From: Pseudogymnoascus verrucosus
Taxonomy: Eukaryota
Length of the DNA: 64,000 nucleotides
Assembly: GCA_001662655.1 (NCBI GenBank)
Contig: KV460220.1
Strand: one strand, 5' to 3'
Within the stretch, counting starts at the first letter, position 1; each line of letters opens with the position of its first letter. The translations under genes were made by a program, and so were the position numbers. Positions 45,439 through 58,818 of this stretch are shown piece after piece. A model generated the notes under the pieces. That model worked only from the letters and a program-made list of their open reading frames with translations. It was not told the origin of the DNA and did no database searches.

Positions 45439-48089
45439 ATATAAGTTCAATTGGGGGAGAGTGAAGGAGGTGAAGGTAGAGAGAGGTGATGTGATGGTCT
45501 AATAGTAATATTACATACAATACAGTATAATAGTAATATTACAAACAGCCAAGTCAGTACATACAGTTCAAGCCAATACAATGCATCTGAATACAATAAT
45601 ATCAATCAGTACGCAGCATCTGAACCATTTAATTATACGATAGTATACGAGTAGTGTATGTAAGAATAGAATCTGCATCAGCATCTGCCATACAGAAATA
45701 CAAGAAAGGACAGAGACAAGAATGAAGGGCACAAGAGGGACAGAATGAGAGACAAAAGGGACAAATAGGACCAGAGGGATTTAAGGAGGGACATGATGAC
45801 AGAAGGAGAGAGGGAAAGAGGGAAAGAGGAGAGACACATCAGTGCATGGCCAAGGACATAAGACAGAAGGTACCTTGGCCTACGACAGAGGTACATAAGC
45901 AGGGTTCAAGTCACATGGGTTTTTGACTCTCTCTCTTCTCTCTCTCGCCCGCCAAGAAAAGCACGGGAAAGTGTACGCCCGCCTAAAATTCTGCAGCGGA
46001 CACCGCCGTACAAACAATTCGCGCAACAGCCGAGGATGTCACAATGCACAAGTACCGATGTCTCGTCTGCATGTCTCATTTGTCCCTATACCATTTTGTC
46101 CCTTGTGGTGCAAAAGTCGACAACGCAGTTACTCATTATGCCCATTGTTTCTTATTTTGTCCCCATTTAATCCATTTCAATCATTGTTTTCATGTCAGCC
46201 TGTCGTGTGTCCGTATTGTCTCAATTAATACCCCATTGTTTCCTTATTTTGTTTCCCATTTGATTCGTTCCAATCGCTGTTTATATTGTCTTATTTGTCC
46301 CATTCGTCCTATCCCCGACCCATTCATCCCCCAAGGTCTCCCCCCAGCTCGCACTGGATGGACCCAGTTCAGAAATCCCAATAAACCTTCCTGCTCGCAC
46401 AAGAAATACACGTACTGTACTCCATACATACTGCTCCATACATACTGTCGACCCTCTCCTGTACGCTGGGAACCGCATCAAACACCCCTCCTAACCCTCC
46501 TAACTCGTCCCCTCCCAACCCCCCAATCTCAAACAGTCTCACTCCCCCCCTCACCATCTCCCAATCCCGTGACATCTCTCCTTCCCCCCCTTCCCCTCTG
46601 TGATATCTTCACCAACCCACCTACCTGTACCTGTGACGATATCCATCCCCTCCATCCATCCACTGATCTGACTCTGCAACCCCTCCACCGCCTCTGTCCC
46701 ATCCTCCACTGACTCACCCACGCCCGCCACTTACACCCAGACCACCCAGCTGTCCTCCGTGCGCCCATCACAGCATCACCTAATCACAATATCACAAATC
46801 CGCAGCTCACTCTATATCACCTCGTAAACACCGATTCACCAATCGCACGTGTCCCCTCCCCAGACTGGCTGGCACCGATGAGCTGGAGGCGCTGTCACAC
46901 TGCAGATGTCTTACATCCCTCCGTTCCACAGGCACTCGCTGCAGGCTGCTGCACAGACACAGGAGGATGACAGGCTCTGATCTGCTGTGCTGTGCTGCGC
47001 CATGCTTGTTGGTGATGGGTGGCGCTGGGTGCTGCTGGGTGCTGCTGGGTGATGCTGGTGATGCTGGGGTGCTGGGTTCTGGTCTTGGGTGGTGGGCGGA
47101 TGGCGGTAGGTAGTGGTAGGTGCTGGATACGAGACGATACGATACAATGCGGTGAATGTCTTGCTTGCTTGCTAATCTGGCCGTGACGGTGATGGCGGTT
47201 ACACGCATGTTTCGGGCTGCGTGTCCCTGCCGCGCTGAGGGGTGACAAACCCAGAGGGGGGCGAGACCGAGTCGAGAGATCTCACCGGTTGGTTGGGGTG
47301 GCTGGGGGTTTGTTTGTTTACGAGGGGAGTATCACACGGACGGGACGGGATAGGGAGTTGATGAGGGAAGGGAGGAGGTGGAAAGGTAGGTCTAGGTGGT
47401 GGGAGTCATCCGATCTCCTTCTTCCTTCCTTCCCCTTTCTCCCCTATCCCGCCGAATCCAGACGGACAGATAGACAGACAAACCACACCCCGTTCTCCCC
47501 TTTTCATCCCATCCCCAGACTACCCAGGCAGCACAGCAACACAAAACAACACACACATACATACATACATACACACATACATACGCGCATCTGCACCCTC
47601 CCGCTCTCCGCCACCACCATACCCCCCACACACACACATACATACGCACATAACACCGCAGCACAGCCGCTGCCCACGCCAGAGACCCGGATCGCGCCAG
47701 TGCGAGAGCGGTAACCCGGAGAGTGGGCGTTGCACGGCATGTATGATAGGCAGCGGCGGTGGTGGTGGGGATTTGTGTGTGATTACGGAGCAGGTATGGG
47801 AGGGTGACGGGGGTGGGATTTATCATCAGTGTTGTCTGAGATGGGGTAGAGGGGTGATATGGGAAGGGTATAGGGTTTGTCTGAGATGGAGGAGGGGTGT
47901 TGTGATCGATCACAGATGAAGATAGGAATGAGGATGAAGATGATCTCGTGCGATATATACGAACGCGTCTACATACAACCCCCTGCCGACTCTCCGCTCG
48001 AATCGGCGTGCCCCCCCGTGTTCCCATCTAATCAATCTAATCCTCCCCCCATACCACCACACTCCTACACCCCAAAAACCTTCAGCAGA

Positions 48090-49406
48090 TCAAGTACACT
48101 GCGAGTAATAAGGCGGACTAACAGCCTCACACGTCGACCCATCCACACACCCCGTACACCCCGTCCACCCCTGCCCCCCACACTGTCCATACTTCGGGCT
48201 CTTGCACCCACCTGGCGCCGCCGTACTCGTCGGTGCCGCACCCCCAGTCGTAGGAACAACACTCGTGGCCATCGTCGTCGGCGCCGCGGTCGTAGGAACA
48301 GCAGTAGTTGGTCCAGAACCAACATTCGTAGTCGGCGCCGCTCCCCCACCACCTTCATACGCAGGCCCGGTGGCAGTACCGCTCTCGACGCCAGCGCAGG
48401 TGGCGCCGGCGGATTTGGTGAAGCCGCCGTATACGGTTGGGCCGGGCGCGATGTAGGTGGCGAGGGATTGGTAGATGTCTACTTTTATTCCTGGGTCGGT
48501 GGCGGCGTAGGCGCCGGGGAGTTGGATGAGGGAGGGGGAGGCGGAACCGCCGCCGCTGATGGTAAGTTGGTCTTGAGGGTTGGGTTAGCTTGGGTTTATG
48601 GGGAGGGGGAGGAAGGGGAAACAAGGGAAATGGAAGGGGAAGGAAAAGGGAAGGAGAGGGAGGAAGGGGAGGAAGGGGGACATACAGCAGCTCATATACA
48701 GCTGTGCCCCGCCGAGGGAGCCAGCAACGTGCAGAGCCACCACTTCGGCGCGGAGGAGGTAGTCGCCTGCGGGGATGTCGGCAGGGATCTTCATGTTCAC
48801 GCGGCCGCAGCAGAGGTTCATGTCTTTTGTTCCCCAGTAGTCTGCGGCGCCGTTGCTTCCTGTGCCCTGTTTCCAAATACGTCAGCCATCAATGCACATA
48901 CATCCGTGATTGAGTGCCCAGAGGGGAGGAGCTGGCAGTTAGTCAGAGAAAAACATACCCGCGCCCACGAATCCTCATAAATCTTAAACCACCCCGCCGA
49001 CCCATCCGCCGTCGCCGCATCCTCCACCTTCGAAAGATACCCCAACACCGGCCCAAAATGATCACCCCCAATCGCCTCATTCGCACACGACCTATCCCCA
49101 GGCTGCTGGTGCATCTCGACCGTCACCGTTGAGCCGGCAGCCACAGCACATTTCCCTGCTACGCCAGTGGCGCCGCCGACGTTGCAGCGGAGGTCGTTGG
49201 AGGTTACGTCCGAGACGGGGGAGTTGGATTGGGGGAGGCGGGCGCAGAAGGATTGGTGGGGTGGGTGTTAGCTGGGTGTTTGAAAAGGGGGGGGGGGGAC
49301 TTATTTCATCGACGCCGTCAACCCAGAGATCTTGGAAGGTGGCGTGGCCGGCGACTTGCTGGGCGGCGAGCGCGGCGATGAGGGAGATGATCGTGGTGGA
49401 CTTCAT
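48090..49406 (-). CDS. AA9 lytic polysaccharide monooxygenase with linker and CBM1; exons 49406-49305, 49255-48959, 48866-48686 and 48571-48090
   Basis: Signal peptide ending before His1 (VAG|HATFQ), H-x-GP, GWFKI, YLLRAEVVALH and AQLYMSCYQL motifs, and C-terminal YGQCGGQGWTG...YYSQC. Intron 1 is non-canonical. Confidence 0.92.
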
Positions 49407-50547
49407 GATGTGCGAGTTGATAATGACACCGAATAAACCTGACGTCCATCCGTCCCCGGCTGGTCGAAGGATATATATACTCCTCCCCTTTCACTGCCCC
49501 CATCTTCCTGCCAAGTTGCCCACGCGTCCAAGGCGCTGATGTAAATTGCTTTTATATTACACACCCCGCCTTCCATCTAGCTAGCACATCACGGCAACTC
49601 GATCCGTGACCACCACCATAACCAGGACCGAAGAAAGAAAGGATAGGCGCTGGACATCCTTCTTCAACCTTCGAGGCAGCGTGCCCCGCCCGGCAGATCT
49701 CCCAGCCCACGCGCCTCCGTCATATCCACCTCTTAAACCCACCCTTCTATTTCTCCGCCTCCACGCCGCCGGCCCTGCGGTCCTTCGCACGCCTAAACCC
49801 TACTACTCTCTGCTAACAGGCGGACAGAACCCCATCTACCGCGTCTCGCCCTCATCGTCCCTGCATATCCCGCCAAGTCGCGTGGCTTGTCCCCGATAGT
49901 GTTTAATCAATCCATTACGCCGGTGGCGTCGAAGAGAGTGTTGCCCTTGCGCGCCTTGGCGAGTCGTCGGTGGACGTTTGACAGCGCTGACTTACTTACT
50001 ACATTACCTTAACTCCCGGTTGGCGACAGGGGCGAGGTGCATTTTGCCGGTGGGCGGCTACCCCACACGGATGCTAAATGGTAAACGTTTTTGATGGGGC
50101 GGGCGGGTTTTGGATGGGGGAGAGGGGAGGGGAATTTGGGGTAAGCCACAGGGATTGCGAGGTGCGTCGGAAGCGGGTGCCGGTGTCTTGGCTGGGGGGT
50201 TGTTTTACGGGTGTTGCTGTCAGATTGCAGATTACGAGGAATGAATGTCTCATCGCGAAATTGGTTGTGGGGATAAGCGAATTGTCGGAATTTCGGGTGC
50301 ACGTCGTGTTTCTTCTTTTGTTTCGTTTCAGTCATGAATATTTGTATTTACTGGACTGTACTGTATGTAAGGTTTATTCTGCGCCGCAGAATACTACAAG
50401 TGGGATACAACACTCCCACATCATCATCTCATTATTCAATCCAATCCAATCCAAGCCAAGCCCCCAACATACCCCCCGTCGAGGAGGTAAGCCAATTCCA
50501 CTAAGTCAAAAGCCCAACCCCATCAGTCTCTCCCATACATCCACCCC

Positions 50548-51933
50548 TTATGCGGTGGCAGCGAAACCAAAGCTGGGTCCGCTGGCATCGAAGACACCGT
50601 AGAAGGCGTTGAAGAAGGTGTCACCGTAGATGTTCTGCTGGCCGTTACCAGATGGCTGGAGAGAACCGAAGCAGCTCGTGCCGGTGTTGTCAGCCGGGGC
50701 GAAGTTGAGGTACTTGGCGGGGATGACGGCATCACCGCCGTCACCGATGGCGACAGTGAGGGATGGGAGGGTGGTGCTGCAGGGGAAGACGTAACCGCCT
50801 TGGGTGTTGTCCAACTTGGAGCCGGGGACGCTCTTGTAGTAGTTGGCGACCTGCTCGTCACCCATGAGGATCAGGGTGGTTCCGGTGTCTGGAAATTGTT
50901 AGTGATGAGGTGGGGAGGATGGGAAGAAACAAACTAACCGGCAATGGCGGTGTAGCCTGGGGAGGTGAAGGCCTTGGATCCGACCTTGTAGGAGGTGCTG
51001 GGGAACTCCCACCAGCCGTTGCTGTTGTCGACGGAGGTGTAGGAAATCTCGCCGGTGTAACGGCTGGAGTCGGTGGCGCCAAAGTCGTAGGCACCGGTTG
51101 CCTGGAAAGGAAGGTAGGCTGCGAACAGGGGCTGGTCCAAGCTGGCCTGGGCGTTATCGAAGAAGGTCTTCTGCTGGGTTGGCTGGACTGCGAAGACAGA
51201 TTGTCAGTGAACATTCTTGCAGGCCGGCGCAAACTATAGACAAAGAAAACATACCAGTGTTGATGCTGCTGAAGGACAGTCCGACGAGTCCATCGTTGGC
51301 GCCAGAGACGAATTGGGAGGAAGCCTTGTTGGCAATCTCAACAGCCTGTCCCTTAACGGTGGTGCCACCAATGGTCACAGTGTCGGTGCCGACGGTACCG
51401 GAAGATCCACTGCCATCAGCATACTGAATACTCCAGGATGCGCCAGACATCTTCTTCCAGGTGGTGCTCTTGGTAGGGTCAAAGACGTTGTGGTTCTTTT
51501 GCGCAGTTGCGGGCAGGCTGGTGGAGAAGACCCAGCTAGAAACATATGAGCTACTTTTCCCATGTCTCATTCTTGTGAAAACAACTTACAGATCGGCGCT
51601 TCCGGTGTCGAAGTCGAGGTTCAAGGTCTGTCCGCCAATGGTGACTTCGCAGACGTACTCGACGTTCTGGGAGTCAGGCTTGGCTGGGACGGTGCCGTCC
51701 TGGCGCTTGACAAGGTTTCCGAGAAGGACGTTGATGATGCTCTCTGGCTCGGAGGGAGTCAGGCCGTACTTGGCGTAGGCCTTGAGCAGAGCAAGCGTAC
51801 CATTGCGCTGGTAGTTGCCGTTGTGGACAGCGGGGACGCTAAAGGACGTCGCGACGCCGGCCTCGGCGGCAGGGGCGGCGGCAACACTCGCAGCGGCGGT
51901 GGCGAACAGGGCAAGCTTGCTGGCGGCGACCAT
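50548..51933 (-). CDS. Secreted A1 aspartic protease (aspergillopepsin/penicillopepsin-like); introns 51589-51536, 51254-51188 and 50938-50889
   Basis: Signal and pro-peptide, two catalytic motifs (FDTGSADLW, IA|DTGTTL), YADGS flap and IYGDTF. Confidence 0.95.
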
Positions 51934-54149
51934 TTTGACGGTGGTTTGGCTTGAGGGTTGGATGGAGATGTGGAGAGAAGACTGGATGAGGGAGTGTCGA
52001 AGGATCTAGGAACGTTCCATCGCGGCCCCTTTATAGATCCTCTCGATTGTCACAATGGTACATCACAGAGATGATGATGTTGCGCAAGGTTGACACAAGC
52101 TTTGGGCCAAGGATCACCAAGCATCATGGCGCCGGACTGCCGATCAACGCTCCGGACGGACTGGCTTAGCTAGCAACCTCCCTCATGTGGTAGGCCGGCC
52201 TTCGGTGCATTGTTCTCTAATTGGAAGGTTAGGAACCGCCGACTAAGTTCCCCGTAGTTGATAAGTAGTGCCTGACTGTAGCGTCTGAACGTGGGGTGTG
52301 GCATGTGATATTTAGATCTGCAGCATTTTGAAGATGACCTGGGGTCCACTGGTTCTACTGCGCGTGCGGCGCTGATGGCACCCATGACACGAAGGGTCCA
52401 TGGCACATCTGGAAGGAATCATTGGCAGGTCTGCCGTTGAAACGTTGATTCAAATGCGTCAAATGGGAGAAGCTTAGGGTTGAGGCTGTGGCGATATTCA
52501 CACACATCTTCCTAATGCGATGAGTGTTCGCCGGCAGAAGACCCAAAGTAGGCAGGTGGATGCTAGTGACGATCGGAGATCGCCAAGGTACCCTTTGGAC
52601 GATGCACGTCTGCCATGCAGCCAGGATTCAGCCCCTCGCTGGGCCATTATCAGAGCATCCATTGGACATAGCGTATGGCAGATAAGCCTTAATAGCCTCT
52701 TCTATAGAGTGGCACTGTAAGAGAATTAGATCTTGGTGGTGCATTGAGAGGATGAGGAAGCTGGTGCCCACGGGGAAACGAAACGGTGTGTGGGGGTTAT
52801 CCGTCTTGGCGGGATCTACCACAATTTCATCCTTCGGCGTTTTTGCTGGAGATTAAAGGGCAGGCATTTCGGGGAAGATCAACCGAGCGGGTGATATTCA
52901 TCCAATCCTCCCCATAGAATAGGCTATACTATGTAAACAATCGAGAAAGGATTAAAATAGAAACGTTGCTCTCCCACCTATGACGGAGATGTCTCGCTGT
53001 CTCGCTGAACTTTGGGCGGGAGGCGGCTGTAGCGCAGTCAGGAACAACCAATACGGACAAACCATTCGCCGGCCCATCACCTGCCACTATCAGAAGCTAG
53101 ACATGGTCCAGCTGAAGACCGCAAACGACTCCCCGCATTTAGACATCTCCCCCGTTCCCCAAATCCATTATCGCGATCACATCATCAACAGTTGCACATC
53201 GGACTTCCTCTTGTGATGTTGGTCTTGGCCGACGCCACTTCCATGATTTAGCGCAGAACTCACCGCCAAGGGAAAGCTTCTTAAAGCTTCTTTTAGGAAT
53301 GCCCAGACCCTAGCAGAGGCCACTGATTTGACAGAATGAGAACCGCCGGACGTCTTCTCGATGCGCTCTTGCGGATACGAGGGTTGCATCAAACTAACTA
53401 GTGAGCGGCGTCAACTACAGACGAAGAAGGAAGCTCGATGTACCCGCGCTCGCGCACCCCAGCCTGGCTGGCATCAGACGGAATGTTTCGTGTAGATGTT
53501 CTGTTTCGGCGTCAAAGTGCCACCTTCCTAAGATGGCTATGGCTGTCTATCCATCAACGAGGGCTATTGTCCACAATGTACGTGCCGTTATCCGGCTACC
53601 ATGATGACATCGCCAATTCTTATGATATTTCACGGAATCCGAGTCAGCTATGAGGCATAAAATTTCACTGCTTGAAATTCGGATCTCCGACTATACGGCG
53701 ATGGTCACGGCCAGTTAGACATGGGTTGCTAATATCTTCAACTTCGAGTAACGAGTGCGTGCTTTGATGATGGGATGAGAGACTCTGTCCACAGCCACCT
53801 TCCTGTAGTCCAAGGCACGACTGTGTCATGCCCAGCATACTCAGTTGAGGCGATGATGCTCTGCCACCTATAGGGCCAAGACGCGCTTTCGACTACTGTC
53901 TCATAAACGGTCGAGCTGAGGCACCTTAAATATACCTCCTACCATAGAAAGATGACCATGTGGGTCCTTTAGATAAGAACTGTTCCTCGGCTTCACGGAA
54001 AATGGCCAACTCGACCGATGGTCAATTTGTCAAACTCTATATAAAATATAGCTGCCAGTTGAATACATGCACCTCCCACGGTGTCACCAGCATCTGCGTC
54101 ACGAGAACCGCTCCTCAGGTCGTCACCGCCACGCCTACCATCTTGATAA

Positions 54150-57100
54150 TTAACTAGTACAAAACGTTTGGCAACACGCATCATCAAACGGCGACCCGCA
54201 AGCCCGACAGTCGAACCCCGCGCAGGGATCAACAGCCGTTGACGTCGGAGGTGCTACCGAGGTGTCCCCACAGGTGCCGTTGGCGCAGCAAGCCGGCGAG
54301 CACGCGTCGCACCCACTCTCATTGCAGTTGCACACTCCGGTGATGGTGCACACATCAGAACCGCACGTGCCGTTAGCGCAGCAAGTTGGTGAGCACGCAT
54401 CACAACCACTCTCATTGCAATTGCACACGTTGGTGACGGTGCAGGTGCTGGTCGGCGGTTTGGTCGTCGTCGTCGAGCCGCCGATGCTTGTCGTGGGCGC
54501 CGAGTAGCCGCCCGAGCTGGGATCCTGTGGGTCCTGGAAGCCGGGTGGGTAGCCGGTTGGGGTGGGCGTGCAATAGTAACCAGAGCAAAGCGTGCCGCCA
54601 CAGGCAGTGGTGGCTCCCGCGCACGTTGGTCCGGCTGTGGGCCCTGGCGTGAAGCTAATGGTCGTGCCATCGCCGCTGGCCTCATCGCGGGCCATCTGCG
54701 CGCTCAGGGCGTCGTAGACCGAGTTACTAAAGGCATCACCTAAAGTCATGGTGGCCCAGACCTCGTCATGCCAGGTGCCGATGGGCGCCGGCGTCTGCGT
54801 GCCAATGACCGTGGTAGACTCGTCCGAGACGCTTATAGAGCAGCCCGAGATGGTCTCGCACATGGAGGCCGACGAGAGCGTTGAGTCGGCCGAGACGAAG
54901 GTTGTGGTTGTGCAGGCCTCAGCCGTCTGTGTCTCGCACTCGCCCTCCTCCTCGGTCGTGATCTGATTGTCGCGTCCGATGGTGATCTTGGGCCAGTTCG
55001 GCAGGTTTCCTTTGATGGTAATGCCAGGCGGCCACCTGATCAGGCCGATGGGTGGGGGACCGGGACCGTAAATTCCCGGCGGCAAGACCCAGTGCCAGGC
55101 GTTGATGTGAAGCTCTCCCCATGAGATGCAGATGAAGAAGAACCACGCCTTACAAGGCACAACCACGCCGTCATCGGTCGGCTGGGGCTTGTCGATGCTC
55201 GTCGTAACAGGGATGATCTGGCCGTAGACAGGCCAGGTGGCCCAGATGGGCAGCGGCGTCGTAGTAGAAGCGGCTTGGCCTGTGCTCCAGGTCGTGACTA
55301 GAGAGCAGTCGACGGAGACCATCGCAATGGTGGACGCAAGGAAGGTGACCACCTTAGTAGTTGGGCAGACAAAGTTGAATGTAAGCGAGCCTGCGTTGGT
55401 ACATGTCGTAGCAACGGCAATGGGTGGCGTGGCAAAGACGACGGACGTCTCGGCCGGGCAGGAGATGGTGATGGCTCCGGTCGTGGCTGGGAACGTAAGG
55501 GTCGTAACGGTTGCGCCAGAAACTGTGACGGGGACGCCGATGGGTGTATAGTACGTGGTGGCTTTACCTACGCCGCTGCTGCCGCCGGTGTCGACAGGCA
55601 CGGTGCCTGGATCCGTGTAATCGATGGTGGGCCCGCCATTCACCTGCGGCCATGGCGGGAGGGTGACAGTGCGTGTGGTTTCGCCGCCGTGGCCGTCGGG
55701 CAATGTGACGCCGATAGGTGGGATGTCGATGCTAGGGTATATGGTGATGGGCGTCGGTCCCGCGGCCGTCACATTGACGTTGGAATAGCCGATGCCGTTC
55801 GTGACAATGGTGGGGATCGTGATAGTCACGGTGGTCGTGGATGTTACGAAGACTGTGGTCCCTATGCCGCCAATCGTGGTGGGAACAAACCCGCCGTACT
55901 CAAACGAGGTTTTGTATTTGCTAGGCGTGATAGTGGTGTCCTGTGCCAGCGAGCTCGTTGGTATGATTAACATGCAGGGCGGCGACGAGCAGGTCACCGT
56001 CGGCGTTTCCCACACTTCAGTGCCTACCCAGACTATGTCGATATTGTCACCACCCGGCAGGGGAAGCCACACGCTGACCTCAGTCGTGAAGCCACGCTGG
56101 ACGTCTGCCTGGGGGATGCTGGAGCCATCAATGCCATTGGCTGCGTCGACGATGGCAACGGTGAACAAGTTGTAAATGACGACTCCAGTGGACCCCTTAA
56201 CCTCAAGAACGCGCTCCTGGCAGTTGTGAGTGTCTATGCAGTCCTGGTAATAGGCGTTGAAGAAGCTGTACAGCCCAGCACTGTGGATGGTGACGTCGGT
56301 CGAGTCGATGACCTGCAGTCCCCAAGAATAGCGGCACTGTTCGTTGTCTGTGTTGGCCGTGATATTGCACTGGCTGAAGTCTGGGTCGTTGGGAAAGCTC
56401 GCGGCCGCGCCAAAGGGCGCCGGGGCGCCAGGGACAGGCTGGTAGTAGGGCGACTCGGTCTGAATGTGGCCCATGTATATGTTCTTGGCCCCGCTGAGCA
56501 AGTAATTGTACAGCACCGTGTGCTCGGAGCCACTTCCGTAGAACCATGACGGGCCGTGGGACTCGATCAACGTGCCGCGGGCCCCGTAAACGGTAACCTG
56601 CGTGATGGTTGAGTCGGGCTGATTGAAGACGCTCGCGTCATTATCATGATCACCTACCCACGCCCACACGTTCTCGAAGTAGCCATTCCCCTGAGGCGTC
56701 ACGTGGAACATGAGCGAGGCCGCGATACACTCGTCCTTGGAGCTGAACTTAGGGCAGGTAGCAAAGTCAAGATCGCTGCCGAGGGCGCCGCCGACGCGGA
56801 AGTGAGAGTCCCACATGGCCGCCGCGCCCTGCTCGGATGCCGCTGTGTTCCACTCCATGAGGACAGCACCGGCCGTGGCGCCACGCACTGAAAAAAGCAT
56901 CTCGACGATCTCCATGGTGCCGATGTCACCCTTGTTGCCGACCTGTATCATAACCTTGGGGTTGTTCATGTCGCTGAAGTAGAAGCCCGACCCTTGGATC
57001 TGCGACCACGAAGAGCCTTGCACGCGCGAACCTGTGGGAATCAGCACGGTGCCGCCGATTGTATAGATCCCGGCCGGGAAGTAGGCCACCTGGTCCGCGG

Positions 57101-58818
57101 CTGCGGCCTTTTGCAGAAAGGAATTGATGCAGGATTGCTGATCGCCCGTGCCATCATTCTTGCACCCTCCGTCGGTGGTTGCCACGAGGAAGGAGCTGGT
57201 ACTCAGGTCCTCGTATTGCGGCCGCGAGCGCACATAGAGGAATCCCGAGTCGGAGTCGAGGAGCCCTTTGGCCTTGGCAGGTGCTGTCACGTCCCCAGTC
57301 TCGGTCGTGCCAACTGAGCCATTGTACCGCTTGCCTGTTGCCCACAAGTCGGAACTGCCGGATAGGATCGTGTCACCGCCATCCACCATGACGGGGCTGG
57401 CCACGTCCTTAAAGACGGTGTTGTCTAGCACAATATTAGGCGACGACTTTAGCCCGTTCGTCAGGATGCCGACGGTTGTACCGCTAATTATAGTGTCGAT
57501 GATGGATACGCTGCCCGTGCCCTGGCCTGTGTCGCCGCCTGTGCCCGAGATGTTAAAGGCGATGGAGCCGCCGGTAATTTCGATCTGCTGCCAGTTCCAG
57601 CCCCAATCCCAAACCATCTGCACGGCTGTGTTGCAAGAGTTGAACTGCAGATTACGTGCCGTATACTGCTGTGAACCCGCGCGCCAGCCGATGTTTCCGC
57701 CATTAAATTCGAGGTCGGACACGAAGCCGCCGCTGCCGTTCTCGGAGAATATGCCAACGGCCGTCGTGGTGCTCGATGTAGGCATTTTAAATACCAAGTT
57801 TTGCAGCGACGTGGCCTGCGCCACTTGCCAGTGGATACCGGTCGGCACTAGGTCCTGGTCGTTCTCTGCTGTCGATTCCGGCATGTCGTTGAGGTCAAAA
57901 ATGAAGTTGCGGATCTGGCGGAAGAACTGGTTCTGGTTCACGTACCACTGCGAGCCCGACCCCCCGGGGATATAGGGGTCCGTATCGAATAGCGCGATGC
58001 CCTGGAAGGTATCACAACCCTTAATGGTGGGCATGTCGTTGGGGTCACCGATGAACTGCGTGTAGTAGTACTGGATCACAGGCGAGCAAATCTTGTATGT
58101 GCCTGGGGGAAAGTAGACGATGGCACCCTGCGCAAATGTGTTGCCACAATCCTCGCCACACCGCGTTTTGGCACCCCCCACCGAGTCCCTGTTCCAGCTG
58201 GCCACGGCTGCGTTGAGCGCCTCGGTCGTGTCCGTGTCTCCCGAATTATCGGCCCCGAAGTCGTCGACAACATTGCGGAAGAACTGGTAGTCATCTCCGC
58301 CGGCCAATGGTTGCTTGAATGCAGCATTAGCAACACGTCGGCAGTGTCCATTTTTCACTCAAAAGGGGAAGAAACCTACAGCTCCCTTAGACCCAAGACT
58401 CGCGAGCCAGTAGTCCGAGGAGGACTGCCGTTTGGTCACCGCGGCTTTGAGAGTTGTTCGCCTGGTTCCGTTCGATTTGGCATAACCGCCACGAACAACA
58501 GTGCCGCCGCGAAGGTTGGTCATGTACTTGTTAAGGCTACCAGAGTAGCGCCAGAGGGGACCGTTCTGCTTCCCCTTGTCAGGAGCTGTATGGAAGTAGT
58601 TGTGCTGGTTGTCGACCATATAGGCCGGTGCAGGCTACGATCAGAGATTAGCATTGTCCCGAACAATACAGCAACAGAGAGGCATAGCCCACCCGCGGGT
58701 TGAAGTGGAGTGCAGTCGCATTTTGCTTCGCGTTTGGGGTGTAATGTGAGGAGGCCGACTGCCCAAGACCCCATTGTGCAGCTAGCAAAGCTAACAAGAA
58801 AATTAGGGGAGCCGTCAT
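54150..58818 (-). CDS. Secreted GH55 exo-beta-1,3-glucanase-like protein with a ~650-aa C-terminal extension, 1514 aa; exons 58818-58693, 58634-58380 and 58313-54150
   Basis: Signal peptide MTAPLIFLLALLAAQWGLG, VYFPPGTY, QNQFFRQIRNF, GIHWQVAQATSLQN, WDSHFRVGG, ENVWAWVGDHD and IQTESPYYQP motifs. Both introns are phase 0. Confidence 0.92.

Noticed and set aside
44000..48050. Many overlapping ORFs in the 4-kb region between acuK and the AA9 gene
   Set aside because: Low-complexity, microsatellite-rich sequence with no consistent codon bias, domain or splice model. Probably promoter/UTR DNA, though a lncRNA cannot be excluded.
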